Below, one piece after another: positions 20,456 to 31,081 of a DNA stretch of 64,000 nucleotides. Every line of letters starts with the position of its first letter. Position 1 is the stretch's first letter. This DNA is from an uncultured Deinococcaceae bacterium. Lineage in GTDB: Bacteria > Deinococcota > Deinococci > Deinococcales > Deinococcaceae. The stretch is taken from positions 96,001 to 160,000 of the forward strand of contig CAXULY010000008.1 of assembly GCA_964252075.1 (NCBI GenBank), written 5' to 3'. The translations under genes were made by a program, and so were the position numbers. A model generated the notes under the pieces. The model did not search any database. It had not been told where the DNA came from and worked only from the letters and a program-made list of their open reading frames with translations.

Positions 20456-21466
20456 CTAGTGTGCCGGTGCAGGCTGGGGTTTTGTGGTGACGCCCCCGAA
20501 CACCACCTTGCCGTTCTGGAAGCGGATGGGGTCGAGGCGCAGGCTGCGCTCGCCCGCGTCATTCCCGATGAAGCCCGCCGTCCAGGCGTGGTACGCCAGC
20601 CACCAGTGCCCGGCGGCGTCCTTCACGAGCGCCTGATGGCCGGGCCCGGCGACCTGCCCGGCGCTCACCACCAGCGGGTTGCCCGCGAACTTCTTGTACG
20701 GCCCCGTCACCTTCCGCGCGGTGGCGTAGCCCACGGCGTACAGGTCGCTGTCCCAGGGGCCAGCGCTGTACAGCAGGTAGTACACGCCGTCCTGCACGTG
20801 CAGGGTGGGCGCCTCAATCACGTTGCCCTCCCACAGCTCGTCGTTGCGGAAGAGTTCCGTGGGTTTCCCCGTGAGGCTCAGGCCGTCCGCGCTGAGCTTC
20901 TGGATGTACAGACCGGTCGGGAGGTTGCAGCAGTTCCCGTCGTTCTTGTAGATCAGGTAGTGCTGGCCGTCCGTGTCCGTGAAGGGGCTGGGGTCGATGC
21001 TGCCCCCGAGGTCCGCCTGGCACACCAGCGGCGCCTTCGACGCGTCATTGAAGGGCCCCAGGGGCGTGCTGGCCACGGCGGTGCTGATGCACTGGCGGCC
21101 GCTCTGGTCGTCGTGCGTGGTGTAGTACATGACGTACTTCGAGCCGAAACGCATGACTTCCGGCGCCCACGTGAGGCCGGGGCTCGCCCACGTGGGCTGC
21201 TGCCCCAGGGCGTCCCCCTGCTGCGCCCAGTGCACGAGGTCGCGGGACGTGGCGAGCTGAATGGCCTGCCCGCCGCTGCCCGTCGCGTACGCGTAGTACG
21301 TGCCGCTCACGTTCAGGATGAACGGGTCGGGGAAGTTCGTGTCCAGCACGGGGTTGGTGAAGGGGGCGCTCTTGGTCGTCACGGGTCCGGCTCCTCCGGC
21401 GAGCACGCCGCCGGTCAGGGTGAGTCCCAGGGCGAGGGTGGTGATGGTCTTGAGGATGCGCTGCAC
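20456..21466 (-). CDS. Glycoside hydrolase family 43, secreted
   Basis: Signal peptide; NFPDPFI, WAPEV, SIDPSPF, IEAP, GPGH five-bladed propeller motifs; AAGGAG RBS before GTG 21466. Confidence 0.92.
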   Translation of the reverse strand: MQRILKTITTLALGLTLTGGVLAGGAGPVTTKSAPFTNPVLDTNFPDPFILNVSGTYYAYATGSGGQAIQLATSRDLVHWAQQGDALGQQPTWASPGLTWAPEVMRFGSKYVMYYTTHDDQSGRQCISTAVASTPLGPFNDASKAPLVCQADLGGSIDPSPFTDTDGQHYLIYKNDGNCCNLPTGLYIQKLSADGLSLTGKPTELFRNDELWEGNVIEAPTLHVQDGVYYLLYSAGPWDSDLYAVGYATARKVTGPYKKFAGNPLVVSAGQVAGPGHQALVKDAAGHWWLAYHAWTAGFIGNDAGERSLRLDPIRFQNGKVVFGGVTTKPQPAPAH

Positions 21467-21532
21467 ACGGCTCCTTGAGGGTGAGGGGCGGGTGGCGGGG
21501 CGGGGCGGGACGGTCACGTCCCGCCCCGGCCG

Positions 21533-22417
<885 letters not shown>

Positions 22418-22418
22418 G

Positions 22419-23357
22419 TCAGTCCTCCCCGCGCGAGTCGCGCGCCATGATGCGGAACTGCAGGTACGTGAAGATCAGCATCACGAGGCCGAACAGGAAC
22501 GACATCGCGCCCGCCGAGGACACCTGGTTGTTCGTGAAGGCCTCCTCGGTGATGTACTGGATGACGCTCTGCGTGCTGCGGTTGGGTCCACCGCCCGTGA
22601 TGACGAGGGACTGCCCGTACAGCTGGAAGGACGCCAGCACGGTCGTCACCACGACGAACAGGGTCTGCGGGCCGAGCAGCGGCCACGTGATGAACCGGAA
22701 CTTCGCCCAGGGGGTCGCGCCGTCCAGGTCGGCGGCCTCGTAGTAACTCAGCGAGATGTTGCCGAGCGCCGCGAGGTACAGGGTCATGTTGAAGCCGACC
22801 GTCCACCACACGGTGCCCACGATGATCGGCACCCACGCGAGGCCCTCGGTGGACAGGAAGGGCAGCGGCTGGTTGTGCAGCAGGTCCGTGCGCACCGCGT
22901 TCACGAGCCCGATCTGGTTGTCGAACATCCAGCGCCATAAGATGCCCATCACGGACACCGTCAGGATGCCCGGCAGGAAGAACACCGCGCGGAAGAACGC
23001 CCGCCCGAAGATGGGGCGGTTCAGGAGCAGCGCGAGGCCCAGCGACGCGAACACCAGCAGGGGCACGCTGATGACGGTGAAGAGCCCGGTGTTCTTCATG
23101 GCGTTCCAGAAGAACTGGAACTGCGGGGTGGAGGTGTCGAAGAGGTTGCGGTAGTACTCCAGACCCACGAATGGGCGGGTTTCGGCGAGCAGGTCCCAGC
23201 GGTGCATGCTCACGTACACGCCGTACCCCACCGGGTACACCACGAACACCAGGAAGAACAGCAGGAAGGGCAGCAGGTACAGGTACGGCACGAGCGGGTT
23301 CGCGTCGCTGAAGCGCGAGCGACGCTTGGCCGTGCCGGGCGGGAACGTCGTGCTCAT
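22419..23357 (-). CDS. Carbohydrate ABC transporter permease (MalF-like)
   Basis: FVGLEYY, YYEAADLDGA, ITWPLL. Confidence 0.95.
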   Translation of the reverse strand: MSTTFPPGTAKRRSRFSDANPLVPYLYLLPFLLFFLVFVVYPVGYGVYVSMHRWDLLAETRPFVGLEYYRNLFDTSTPQFQFFWNAMKNTGLFTVISVPLLVFASLGLALLLNRPIFGRAFFRAVFFLPGILTVSVMGILWRWMFDNQIGLVNAVRTDLLHNQPLPFLSTEGLAWVPIIVGTVWWTVGFNMTLYLAALGNISLSYYEAADLDGATPWAKFRFITWPLLGPQTLFVVVTTVLASFQLYGQSLVITGGGPNRSTQSVIQYITEEAFTNNQVSSAGAMSFLFGLVMLIFTYLQFRIMARDSRGED

Positions 23358-23404
23358 GGAAGGCTCCTCGGGGAGGATCGGCAGGTGCCACTCGGCCGCT
23401 GCAG

Positions 23405-23437
23405 AAAAGGGGAAAGCGCCCCCTTCTGCGGGGGCGC
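23405..23437 (-). terminator. Intra-operon hairpin with U-tract after the SBP gene
   Basis: GCGCCCCC/GGGGGCGC stem (23416-23437) followed by TTTCCCCTTTT on the minus strand. Confidence 0.6.
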
Positions 23438-23449
23438 CCTGAGGGGACG

Positions 23450-24742
23450 TTACTGGAAGGACTTGCGGGCCTGGACGATCTGCTTGTTGGCCTCGCCCAC
23501 ACCGTCATCCAGGGCCTTCTTCACATCCTTCTTGCCGAGGTACGCGGCCTCCCACGCGGTGTCGAAGGGCCCCATCACCTGACCGCTCCAGGGGAAGCCA
23601 CTGATCGCGTAGATGCTGTTCAGCTTGGAGAACACCCCCTGAATGGGTCGCCCCTCGAACTTCTTGTCGTTCGCGACGGCGGCCTCCACGGGGAGGCTGC
23701 CCGCCTCGGTCCACGTGAGGTTCTGCGCGGGCGCGGTGATCCAGCTGATGAAGTCCAGCGCCGCCGCGCGCTTGTTCGGGTCGTAGCCGGGGCGCTGCTT
23801 GGGCAGCGTGAGGTGGCTGCTGCCGCCCCAGGCGGCGTCCATCTTGTTCCCGATGCGCGGCACGAAGGCCACGCCGAAGTTCATCTTCTGGCTCTCGAAG
23901 CGGTCAAGGTACCACTGGCCGCTGGGGAAGAAGCACACCTTGCCCTGGCTGAAGGCCGCGAGTTCCGCTTCCTCGGTGGAGCTGCCGCGCGCCACGCCGG
24001 ACTTCACCATGTCCACCAGGGACTGCACGGCCTGCACGGCCTGCGGGCTGTTGAAGGCGGCGTTCTGGTTCTTGTCGACCATGCTGCCGCCGTTCTGCAG
24101 CACCGCGGCGTAGGCCATGCGCGAGCCCACCCAGTTGTTGTAGAGGCTGATGCCCCAGGTGTTCAGGCTCTTGGCGTTGAAGCCCGCCTGCCCGGGGTGC
24201 TTGCCCGCGCTGTCGGTGGTGCAGGCGGCCGTGGCGGTCTTGAGTTCCGCGAGGGTGGTGGGCACCTTCGTGACGCCCGACTTCTTCATGAGGTCCTTGT
24301 TGTAGAACATCACGTAGGCGACCGAAGAGATGGGCACGCCGTAGGATTTGCCCTCGTAGTCGGCGGTCTTGAACAGCGGACCGTAGAAGCTCGCCTTGTT
24401 GATGCCCGCGGACTTCAGCTCGGCGTCCGTAAGGGGCGAGAGCGCGTTGCGCGCGATGAAGCCCGTGATCTGGTCCTCGTTGATCACGACGACGTCCGGG
24501 GAGCGACCCGACGCGACCAGCGACGGGAGCTGCTGCCAGGTGGTGCCCCACGGCTGCGCCTGCGAGCGCACCTGCACGTTCGGGTGCGTGGAGTTGTACT
24601 GCGCGATGAGCTTCTCCATGACGGGGCGGTCGGCGCCCGTGAAGCCGTTGAGGTACGTCAGCGTGACTTTGGGCCCGGTGTACGCGGCGCTGGCCGTTCC
24701 AGCAGCGAGCGCGAGCACGAGCATGCTTGTGCGTCGGATCAT
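23450..24742 (-). CDS. Sugar ABC transporter substrate-binding protein
   Basis: Sec signal (ASA-A), [16 protein letters not shown]...MFYNKDL, FSQGK. Confidence 0.93.
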   Translation of the reverse strand: MIRRTSMLVLALAAGTASAAYTGPKVTLTYLNGFTGADRPVMEKLIAQYNSTHPNVQVRSQAQPWGTTWQQLPSLVASGRSPDVVVINEDQITGFIARNALSPLTDAELKSAGINKASFYGPLFKTADYEGKSYGVPISSVAYVMFYNKDLMKKSGVTKVPTTLAELKTATAACTTDSAGKHPGQAGFNAKSLNTWGISLYNNWVGSRMAYAAVLQNGGSMVDKNQNAAFNSPQAVQAVQSLVDMVKSGVARGSSTEEAELAAFSQGKVCFFPSGQWYLDRFESQKMNFGVAFVPRIGNKMDAAWGGSSHLTLPKQRPGYDPNKRAAALDFISWITAPAQNLTWTEAGSLPVEAAVANDKKFEGRPIQGVFSKLNSIYAISGFPWSGQVMGPFDTAWEAAYLGKKDVKKALDDGVGEANKQIVQARKSFQ

Positions 24743-24825
24743 GATGCCTCCTCAGGCAGATGTCAGGGTGCAGGTGTCGCGGCGATCCTCTGGAGGGCGC
24801 TGACCTGTGGTTTGCGAACGCGCCT

Positions 24826-24855
24826 ATACTAACAAGAATTCTTGTTACGCGTCAA
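24826..24855 (-). promoter_or_regulatory. Sigma70-type promoter with palindromic operator for the sugar ABC/GH43 operon
   Basis: Minus strand TTGACG-18 nt-TAGTAT; perfect 18-bp palindrome TAACAAGAATTCTTGTTA at 24830-24847. Confidence 0.75.
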
Positions 24856-24927
24856 TTTTAAAGCACAATTAATCCAGCGCGGGGACCACCGGGCGAAGGC
24901 CTGTCCCCGCGCACCCTTGGTCCGGCG

Positions 24928-25491
24928 TCAGTCCTCGAACACCTGCGGCGGGTGCACCTCGCGCTCCCCGCCCGCCCGCACGTACGCGCTGCGCCCCAGG
25001 TACACCGGCACCTCCGCCAGCGCCAGCCGCGACGCATCGAAGGCCGCTCGCTCGAACCGCACCTGCTCCACGCGCCCCACGAACCAGTCGTGGTCGCCCG
25101 TGTGCACCACCTGCTCGATCACGCAGCTGTAGTACAGGTACGCGGCCTGCAACGCGGGCGCGTGCCCGCTCGCCTCAGGGTCTTCCAGCACGCCCAAGTT
25201 CAGCCGCGCGAACTTGTCGTGACCGTCATGCAGGCTCAGCACCCCGGCGCCCTGCACGGCGCGCGTGTCCGCGCTCGTCAGGAAATTCACGCCGAACCGA
25301 CCGGACGCCCGCATCAGCGCGTGCGTGGCGCGCTCCGGGCCGACCGCCACGCCGTACATGGGGGGGCGGCTGCTGCACGCGGCGTGCCAACCGGCGCTCA
25401 TCACGTTGCGTGTGCCCTCGTGCTGCGCCGTGACGAGCGCAACCGTGCCAGGGTAATAGCCGAAGAAATCCGAGGTCAGCGCGTCAAGCAT
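24928..25491 (-). CDS. Flavin reductase family protein
   Basis: NVMSAGW, SSRPPMYGVAV, FGVNFL, TGDHDWFVGRV. Confidence 0.9.
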   Translation of the reverse strand: MLDALTSDFFGYYPGTVALVTAQHEGTRNVMSAGWHAACSSRPPMYGVAVGPERATHALMRASGRFGVNFLTSADTRAVQGAGVLSLHDGHDKFARLNLGVLEDPEASGHAPALQAAYLYYSCVIEQVVHTGDHDWFVGRVEQVRFERAAFDASRLALAEVPVYLGRSAYVRAGGEREVHPPQVFED

Positions 25492-25530
25492 CACCGCTCA
25501 GCCTACGGCGGATTGCCCTCGCGCGCACGG

Positions 25531-27585
25531 TCACAGCGTGCGTTCGTCCGGGTAGCAGTAAATCCAGTGCTCGCCCAGCTCCAGGCTGTGAATGACCGGA
25601 TGGCGCGTCACGTGCGCGTGCTGCGTGGCGTGCCGGTTCTTGCTGCTGTCGCAGCAGCCCACGTGCCCGCAGGTCATGCACACGCGCAGGTGCACCCACG
25701 AGTCCCCGAGCGCCACGCACTCCGGACACACGCCCTCCACCTCGGGCTGCACGCCCGTGAGGCCGTGCGTGTGCTCGCACATCTCCTGCTGCTCCGGCGT
25801 GAGCGTCACGCGCGGCGTGCCCGGGTCGTCCAGCCCGAGCTGCGCGAGCACGCTGCGCGACACCGCCTGCGCGCTGGTCAGCACGGTGTTCGCCCCCGCG
25901 TTCAGGAGCAGGCCCGTCTCCTCGGGCTCCTCGGTGTGCGCGATGATCGGCAGGGTGGCGTTCAGGGCGCGCGCGACACTCACGGCGCGCGCCGCCATCT
26001 CCGGCTGATCATCCAGCACCAGCAGCGCCCGCGCCTGCTGAATGCCCGCCTCCGCCAGCAGGCCCGAGCGGGCGTAATCCCCGATCACGACGGGCACGTC
26101 GTGTTCCGCGACCCTCGCGGCGCCGTCCGGGCTGAGTGTCAGCACCCCGAACGGCACGCCGCGCGCGTGCAGGTCGTGCGCGAGCTGCGTCGCGTGCGGC
26201 CCGAACCCCGCCAGGATCACGTGGTTGTGCAGGTGCGCCAGCGGCTCCTGCGCGTCCGGGGTGGGCGCCACGGCAGGCGGTGGTTTCGCCGCCCGGCTCG
26301 CCTTGCGACCCCCCAGCTGCTCCCCGATGCGCGCCATCAGCGGGGTGAGCGCCATCAGCATCCCCGTCGCCGCGATGAAGGTCTGCGTGCCCACCGCGCC
26401 CAGCCCGGCGGGCGTGAGCCCCACCGCGCGCCCGCTGCCCTCCAGCACGAACGAGAACTCCCCGACCTGCGCGATCAGCCAGCCCGTCGAGGTCGCCACG
26501 GCGAGCGGCTCGCCCAGCAGGCGCACGCTGGCCGTCGTGACGAGCGCCTTCACGAGCGCGATCAGCACGATGGCGCCCAGCACCAGCGGCAGCTGCGTCA
26601 CCATGAAGCGCACGTCCAACTGCAGGCCCACCGACAGGAAGAACGCCGCGCTGAACAGAATCTGCAGCGGCAGGATCTCCCCGAGCGCCTGGCGCCCGAA
26701 GCGGCTCTCGCTCACCAGCAGGCCCGCCAGGAACGCGCCCAGCGCGAGGCTCACGCCCGCCAAGCTGGTGAGGTACGCCGTCGCGAAGCACGCCGCGAGC
26801 GTCGTGAGCAAGAAGATCTCCTGCGAGCACGTGCGCGCCACCACCTCCAGCAGTTTCGGCACCACGCGCCGCGCCAGCAGCAGCACCGCCGCCACGATGC
26901 CGCCTGCCTTCGCGAGCGCCACCACGATGCCCAGCGCCCCGCCGCCCTGCCCGGCCAGCATGGGCACCAGCAGCACCATCACCACCACCGCGAGGTCCTG
27001 AAAGATCAATATGCCGAGGCTCACCTGCCCCGTGCGGGTGCCCGCCCCGCCGCGCGCTGTGAGGACCTTCGTCACGATGGCGGTGCTGGACAGCGCCAGC
27101 AGAAACCCAGTGAACACCCCGTTCGGGATGCTCACCCCGGTGAACGCCAGGAGCGCCGCCGCGACCAGCACCGTGAGGCCCACCTGCAGGCCGCCCCCCA
27201 GGAAGATCAGGCGCGCGATGCGCGACAGGCGCTCCAGGCTGAACTCAATGCCGATCGCGAACAGGAGCAGCATCACGCCGATTTCACTCGCGCCCGAGAT
27301 GACCGCCGGGTCGCGAATCACGCCCAGCACCGACGGGCCCGCCAGCACGCCCGCCAGCAGGAACCCCACGATGGGCATCAGCCCGAAGCGAAAGGACACG
27401 TACGCGGCGGCGCCCGCCACGATGAGGAGCAGCGTGAGCTGCCCCATGAAGGGGGGCGCGCCGTGCGTCTCGGCCGCCAGCGCACCGCCGCTCAGCATGG
27501 CCAGGAGCGGCAGCGCCCACGCCACGCTGAGGCGCGCCCGGCGTCGTGAGGGAACCGCGGTCCAGGAAAGGGGCGAGCGCATCAT
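25531..27585 (-). CDS. CPA2 cation:proton antiporter (KefB/C-like) with TrkA-N domain and C-terminal ZnF-UBP zinc finger
   Basis: GFLLAGVLAGP, EIGVMLLLFAIGIEFS, LSSTAIV, ILIFQD, LGAFLAG; HVILAGFG RCK domain; C-terminal CEH...CPEC...WVHLRVCMTCGHVGCCDSSKNRHATQH...WIYCY. Confidence 0.9.
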   Translation of the reverse strand: MMRSPLSWTAVPSRRRARLSVAWALPLLAMLSGGALAAETHGAPPFMGQLTLLLIVAGAAAYVSFRFGLMPIVGFLLAGVLAGPSVLGVIRDPAVISGASEIGVMLLLFAIGIEFSLERLSRIARLIFLGGGLQVGLTVLVAAALLAFTGVSIPNGVFTGFLLALSSTAIVTKVLTARGGAGTRTGQVSLGILIFQDLAVVVMVLLVPMLAGQGGGALGIVVALAKAGGIVAAVLLLARRVVPKLLEVVARTCSQEIFLLTTLAACFATAYLTSLAGVSLALGAFLAGLLVSESRFGRQALGEILPLQILFSAAFFLSVGLQLDVRFMVTQLPLVLGAIVLIALVKALVTTASVRLLGEPLAVATSTGWLIAQVGEFSFVLEGSGRAVGLTPAGLGAVGTQTFIAATGMLMALTPLMARIGEQLGGRKASRAAKPPPAVAPTPDAQEPLAHLHNHVILAGFGPHATQLAHDLHARGVPFGVLTLSPDGAARVAEHDVPVVIGDYARSGLLAEAGIQQARALLVLDDQPEMAARAVSVARALNATLPIIAHTEEPEETGLLLNAGANTVLTSAQAVSRSVLAQLGLDDPGTPRVTLTPEQQEMCEHTHGLTGVQPEVEGVCPECVALGDSWVHLRVCMTCGHVGCCDSSKNRHATQHAHVTRHPVIHSLELGEHWIYCYPDERTL

Positions 27586-27628
27586 GGCTCAGTATGCAAG
27601 ACAGCCCCGCCACCTGGGCCCAGCGCGC

Positions 27629-28357
27629 TCAACGGCCGTCCTGACTCAGCTGCTCTCCGAAGCGCCGCGCCTCGCGCTCCAGCGCCTCCGCGAGGCCCGC
27701 GCGGCCCTGATGCACGATGGCCCGTACGCGGCTCAGCTGATCGGCGCTCAGGCGCGCCTTCGCGGCGGCGTCGCCGTAACTGGCGGTGCGGCCCGTCACG
27801 CCGCGAATCACGCCCGCCACGAACGCCGCGTCCAGGCGGCCCTCCGCGCGGATGCTGCGCATGGGGTGCAGGTCCAGCCACGCGGCGCGCGTCACGAGCG
27901 CCCGCACCGCCTCCGCGAGGCTCGGCGCGGGCTCGGCCAGCACGTCCGCCTCCCGCACCTGCCGCGCCGCCTGCGTGAGCGCCTCCGGCGTGAGGTCGTC
28001 CGTGCCCGCCACCCAGCCGGGCGCGCGCGCCCCCACCAGCGCCGGGATGGAGAGCGCGTCCAGCACCCGGCGCCGCTCGTTCAGCTCCAGGTCCGTGGCG
28101 TCCACCAGGGCGTTCAGCGCGGCCTCGTGGTCGGGTCCGTTCAGGCGCGCGAGCCAGCCCTGACTCGCGCGCCACCCCTGCAGCTGCGTGGGGTCCTGCG
28201 TGACGGGGTAACCGGGGTCCAGGTCGTACAGGGTCAGGTCGTGGCGCGCCAGGAGCGTGCGCAGGGCCCCCGCCGCCTTGTCCCGCTCGCCGCCCTGCGC
28301 GCCCAGGTACAGGTTCAGCAGCTTGCGGGCGCGTTCGATGCTGTGCTCGTCCGGCAT
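27629..28357 (-). CDS. Hypothetical protein, N-terminus resembles DUF2786
   Basis: GC3-rich ORF; IERARKLLNL...ERDKAAGALRTLLARHDL helical hairpin. Confidence 0.7.
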   Translation of the reverse strand: MPDEHSIERARKLLNLYLGAQGGERDKAAGALRTLLARHDLTLYDLDPGYPVTQDPTQLQGWRASQGWLARLNGPDHEAALNALVDATDLELNERRRVLDALSIPALVGARAPGWVAGTDDLTPEALTQAARQVREADVLAEPAPSLAEAVRALVTRAAWLDLHPMRSIRAEGRLDAAFVAGVIRGVTGRTASYGDAAAKARLSADQLSRVRAIVHQGRAGLAEALEREARRFGEQLSQDGR

Positions 28358-28441
28358 GCCGTCAGGCTCGCGGCGGGTGGGGGAGGGCGGGGCGCGTCAT
28401 GTCCCGCATGATACTGGCGCGCCGCGCCCACCCACCGCGCT

Positions 28442-29179
28442 TCAGATGCCCCAGCCGCCGTCCACCAGCAGTTCCTGCCCGGTGATGTACGCGGCGAGCG
28501 GCGTGGCAAGGTACGCGACGGCGGACGCCACCTCATCCGCCGTGCCGAAACGCGCGGCGGGAATGCGCGCGAGGGTGCGCGCCTCCGCCGCCTCGTCCGC
28601 GAACACCTCCGCGAGGCGTTCGGTGGCGGTGTAGCCGGGCGCGACGGTGTTCGCGGTGACGCCGTCGCGCGCCACCTCCAGCGCCAGCGAACGCAAATAA
28701 TTCGTGACGCCCGCCCGCATGGCGTTGCTGACCGGCAGGCCCGGCGAGGGGCGCCCCACCGTGAGGCTCGTGATGGCGATGACGCGCCCCCAGCGCTGCG
28801 CGCGCATGTGCGGCAGCACGCCATTCGCGAGGCGCACGGTGCTCATGAAGGTCAGCTCGTACCCCGCGCGCCAGCCGTCCTCCGACACCGCGCTTGGCAG
28901 GCCCGTGGGGGGGCCGCCCGCGTTCGACACCAGGATGTCCACGTCCCCCGCCTCAGCGAGCAGCGCGCGCACGCCCGCCTCGCTGCTCACGTCGCCCACG
29001 ATGGCGCGCGCGCCCAGCTGCCGCGCGGCGTCGTTCAGCGGCGCCTCGCCGCGCGCGGAGATGATCACCTTCGCGCCCAGCGCGCTCAGCTGCGCCGCCG
29101 CCGCGAACCCGATGCCCTTGCTCGCGCCCGTCACGAGCGCCCGCCTGCCCTCCAGACTCCAGCCGTTCGGGACTGTCAT
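28442..29179 (-). CDS. SDR family oxidoreductase
   Basis: TGASKGIG, SNAGGPP, SNAMR variant active site, ITGQELLVDGG. Confidence 0.92.
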   Translation of the reverse strand: MTVPNGWSLEGRRALVTGASKGIGFAAAAQLSALGAKVIISARGEAPLNDAARQLGARAIVGDVSSEAGVRALLAEAGDVDILVSNAGGPPTGLPSAVSEDGWRAGYELTFMSTVRLANGVLPHMRAQRWGRVIAITSLTVGRPSPGLPVSNAMRAGVTNYLRSLALEVARDGVTANTVAPGYTATERLAEVFADEAAEARTLARIPAARFGTADEVASAVAYLATPLAAYITGQELLVDGGWGI

Positions 29180-29258
29180 GACGGCAGGCTAGCAGGCGCG
29201 CCGGCTGTCACGCCCGGGGTACCGCCCCGCCCCCGCCATGCGCGGGTACGCTGCCCGC

Positions 29259-29660
29259 ATGACCGAAGCCCTGATCACCGGCCTGGATCACGTGCAGGTG
29301 TGCGCCCCGCCCGACTGCGAGGCGGCCGCACGCGCCTTCTTCACGGGCGTGCTGGGCCTCCCGGAACTCCAGAAGCCCGAACGGCTGCGCGCCAACGGCG
29401 GCGCGTGGTTCGGCCTGCCCGACGGGCGGCAACTGCACGTGGGCGTGCAGCTGCCCTTCACGCCCGCCGACAAGGCGCACCCCTGCCTGCGCTGCGCGGA
29501 CCTCGACCGTGTGGTGGCGCACCTGAACGCGCGCGGCGTCACGACCACCCCGGACGACCGCGCGGGCGGGCGGCGCGTGTACCTTCAGGACCCCTGGGGG
29601 AACCGCTTCGAGATCGTGGAGGACCGGCACGCCAGCGTGCCCCTCACCGCCGCACTCTAG
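29259..29660 (+). CDS. VOC/glyoxalase family protein
   Basis: GLDHVQV, GGAWF, QLHVGV, KAHP, QDPWGNRFEI; TACGCT 6 nt before ATG 29259. Confidence 0.9.
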   Translation: MTEALITGLDHVQVCAPPDCEAAARAFFTGVLGLPELQKPERLRANGGAWFGLPDGRQLHVGVQLPFTPADKAHPCLRCADLDRVVAHLNARGVTTTPDDRAGGRRVYLQDPWGNRFEIVEDRHASVPLTAAL

Positions 29661-29669
29661 ACTGACCGC

Positions 29670-30437
29670 ATGACTGCCGTAACCGTGCCGCGTGACGAAC
29701 TGGTGGGGTGGCTGGGGCGCTACCTGCGCCTCAGCAGCTTCAAGGACTGGAGCAACAACGGTCTGCAGGTGGAGGGCGCCGACACCATCACGCGCCTCGC
29801 CGTGGCGGTGGACGCCTCGCAGCGCACCATCGAGGAGGCCGCCGAGCAGGGCGCGCAGATGCTCATCACGCACCACGGGCTGTTCTGGGGCGCGCCCGTC
29901 ATGGTGACGGGACCGCACCGCCGTCGCCTGCAAGCCGCGCTGGACGCCGGGTTGAGCCTCTACGCCGCGCACCTGCCGCTCGACGCGCACCCCGAGGTGG
30001 GGAACAACGCCATGATTGCCCGCGCGCTCAGCCTGCAGGACACCGCTGGCTTCGGGGAGTCGCAGGGGCAGACCATCGGCGTGGCGGGCGAACTGCCCTT
30101 CCCGCTGCCGCTGCAGGACCTCGCGGACCGCATGCAGAAACTCACGGGCGAGATCTGCCTCGTGCACGGCGGCGGGCCCGGCGAGGCGCGCCGCGTCGCC
30201 GTGATCAGCGGCAGCGCCAGCGGTGAGATCCCCGAGGTGGCGCGCGCCGGGTACGACACCTTCGTGACGGGCGAACCGAAGCACCAGCACTTCAACGACG
30301 CCTTCGAGTACGGCGTGAACGTCATCTACGCCGGGCACTACGAGACCGAGGTGTTCGGCGTGCGGGCGCTCGCGGCGCGCATCGAGGAGGAGTTCGGGTT
30401 GCCGTGGCAGTTCATTCACGCGCCCACCGGCCTGTGA
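29670..30437 (+). CDS. Nif3-like dinuclear metal center protein
   Basis: NNGLQVEG, ITHHGLFW, HLPLDAHPEVGNN, FVTGE, AGHYETE. Confidence 0.95.
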   Translation: MTAVTVPRDELVGWLGRYLRLSSFKDWSNNGLQVEGADTITRLAVAVDASQRTIEEAAEQGAQMLITHHGLFWGAPVMVTGPHRRRLQAALDAGLSLYAAHLPLDAHPEVGNNAMIARALSLQDTAGFGESQGQTIGVAGELPFPLPLQDLADRMQKLTGEICLVHGGGPGEARRVAVISGSASGEIPEVARAGYDTFVTGEPKHQHFNDAFEYGVNVIYAGHYETEVFGVRALAARIEEEFGLPWQFIHAPTGL

Positions 30438-30447
30438 GCGGGCGCGC

Positions 30448-31074
30448 GTGAGCCTCTTCATCACCTTCGAGGGCCCGGAGGGCGGCGGCAAGAGCACCCA
30501 GGTCACGCGCCTCGCCGCGCGCCTGACCGCGCAGGGCGTGACGCACCTCGTGACGCGCGAGCCGGGCGGCACGCCGCTCGGCTCGCGCGTGCGGGAACTC
30601 GTGCTGATGGACCCGGACCTGGACGTCTCGCCCCTCTCGGAGTTCCTGCTGTACAGCGCCAGCCGCGCGCAACTCGTGCGGGACGTGCTGCGGCCCGCCC
30701 TCGCGCGCGGCGAGGTGATCGTCTGCGACCGGTACGCGGACAGCAGTGCCGCTTACCAGGGCATGGGGCGCGGCCTGCCGGAAGCCTTCGTGACGGACGT
30801 GACGTGGGAGGCGACGGGCGGCCTGCGCCCGCACCTCACCTTCCTGCTGGACCTCGACCCCGCAGAGGGCCTCAGGCGCGCCGCACGCAAGGGCGCGCCC
30901 GACCGCCTGGAGCGCGCGGACCTAGAGTTCCACCGCCGCGTGCGCGCGGGCTTCCTCGCGATTGCGGGCGCGGAACCGGAGCGCGTCATGGTGCTGGACG
31001 CCACCCTCCCCGAGGCCGACATCGAGGCGGCCATCTGGTCCGTCGTCGCGCGGGCGCTCGGTCAGCTCGCCTGA
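30448..31074 (+). CDS. tmk: Thymidylate kinase
   Basis: FITFEGPEGGGKSTQ, TREPGGT, CDRYADSS.AYQG, DRLE. Confidence 0.97.
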   Translation: MSLFITFEGPEGGGKSTQVTRLAARLTAQGVTHLVTREPGGTPLGSRVRELVLMDPDLDVSPLSEFLLYSASRAQLVRDVLRPALARGEVIVCDRYADSSAAYQGMGRGLPEAFVTDVTWEATGGLRPHLTFLLDLDPAEGLRRAARKGAPDRLERADLEFHRRVRAGFLAIAGAEPERVMVLDATLPEADIEAAIWSVVARALGQLA

Positions 31075-31081
31075 GCCCCCT

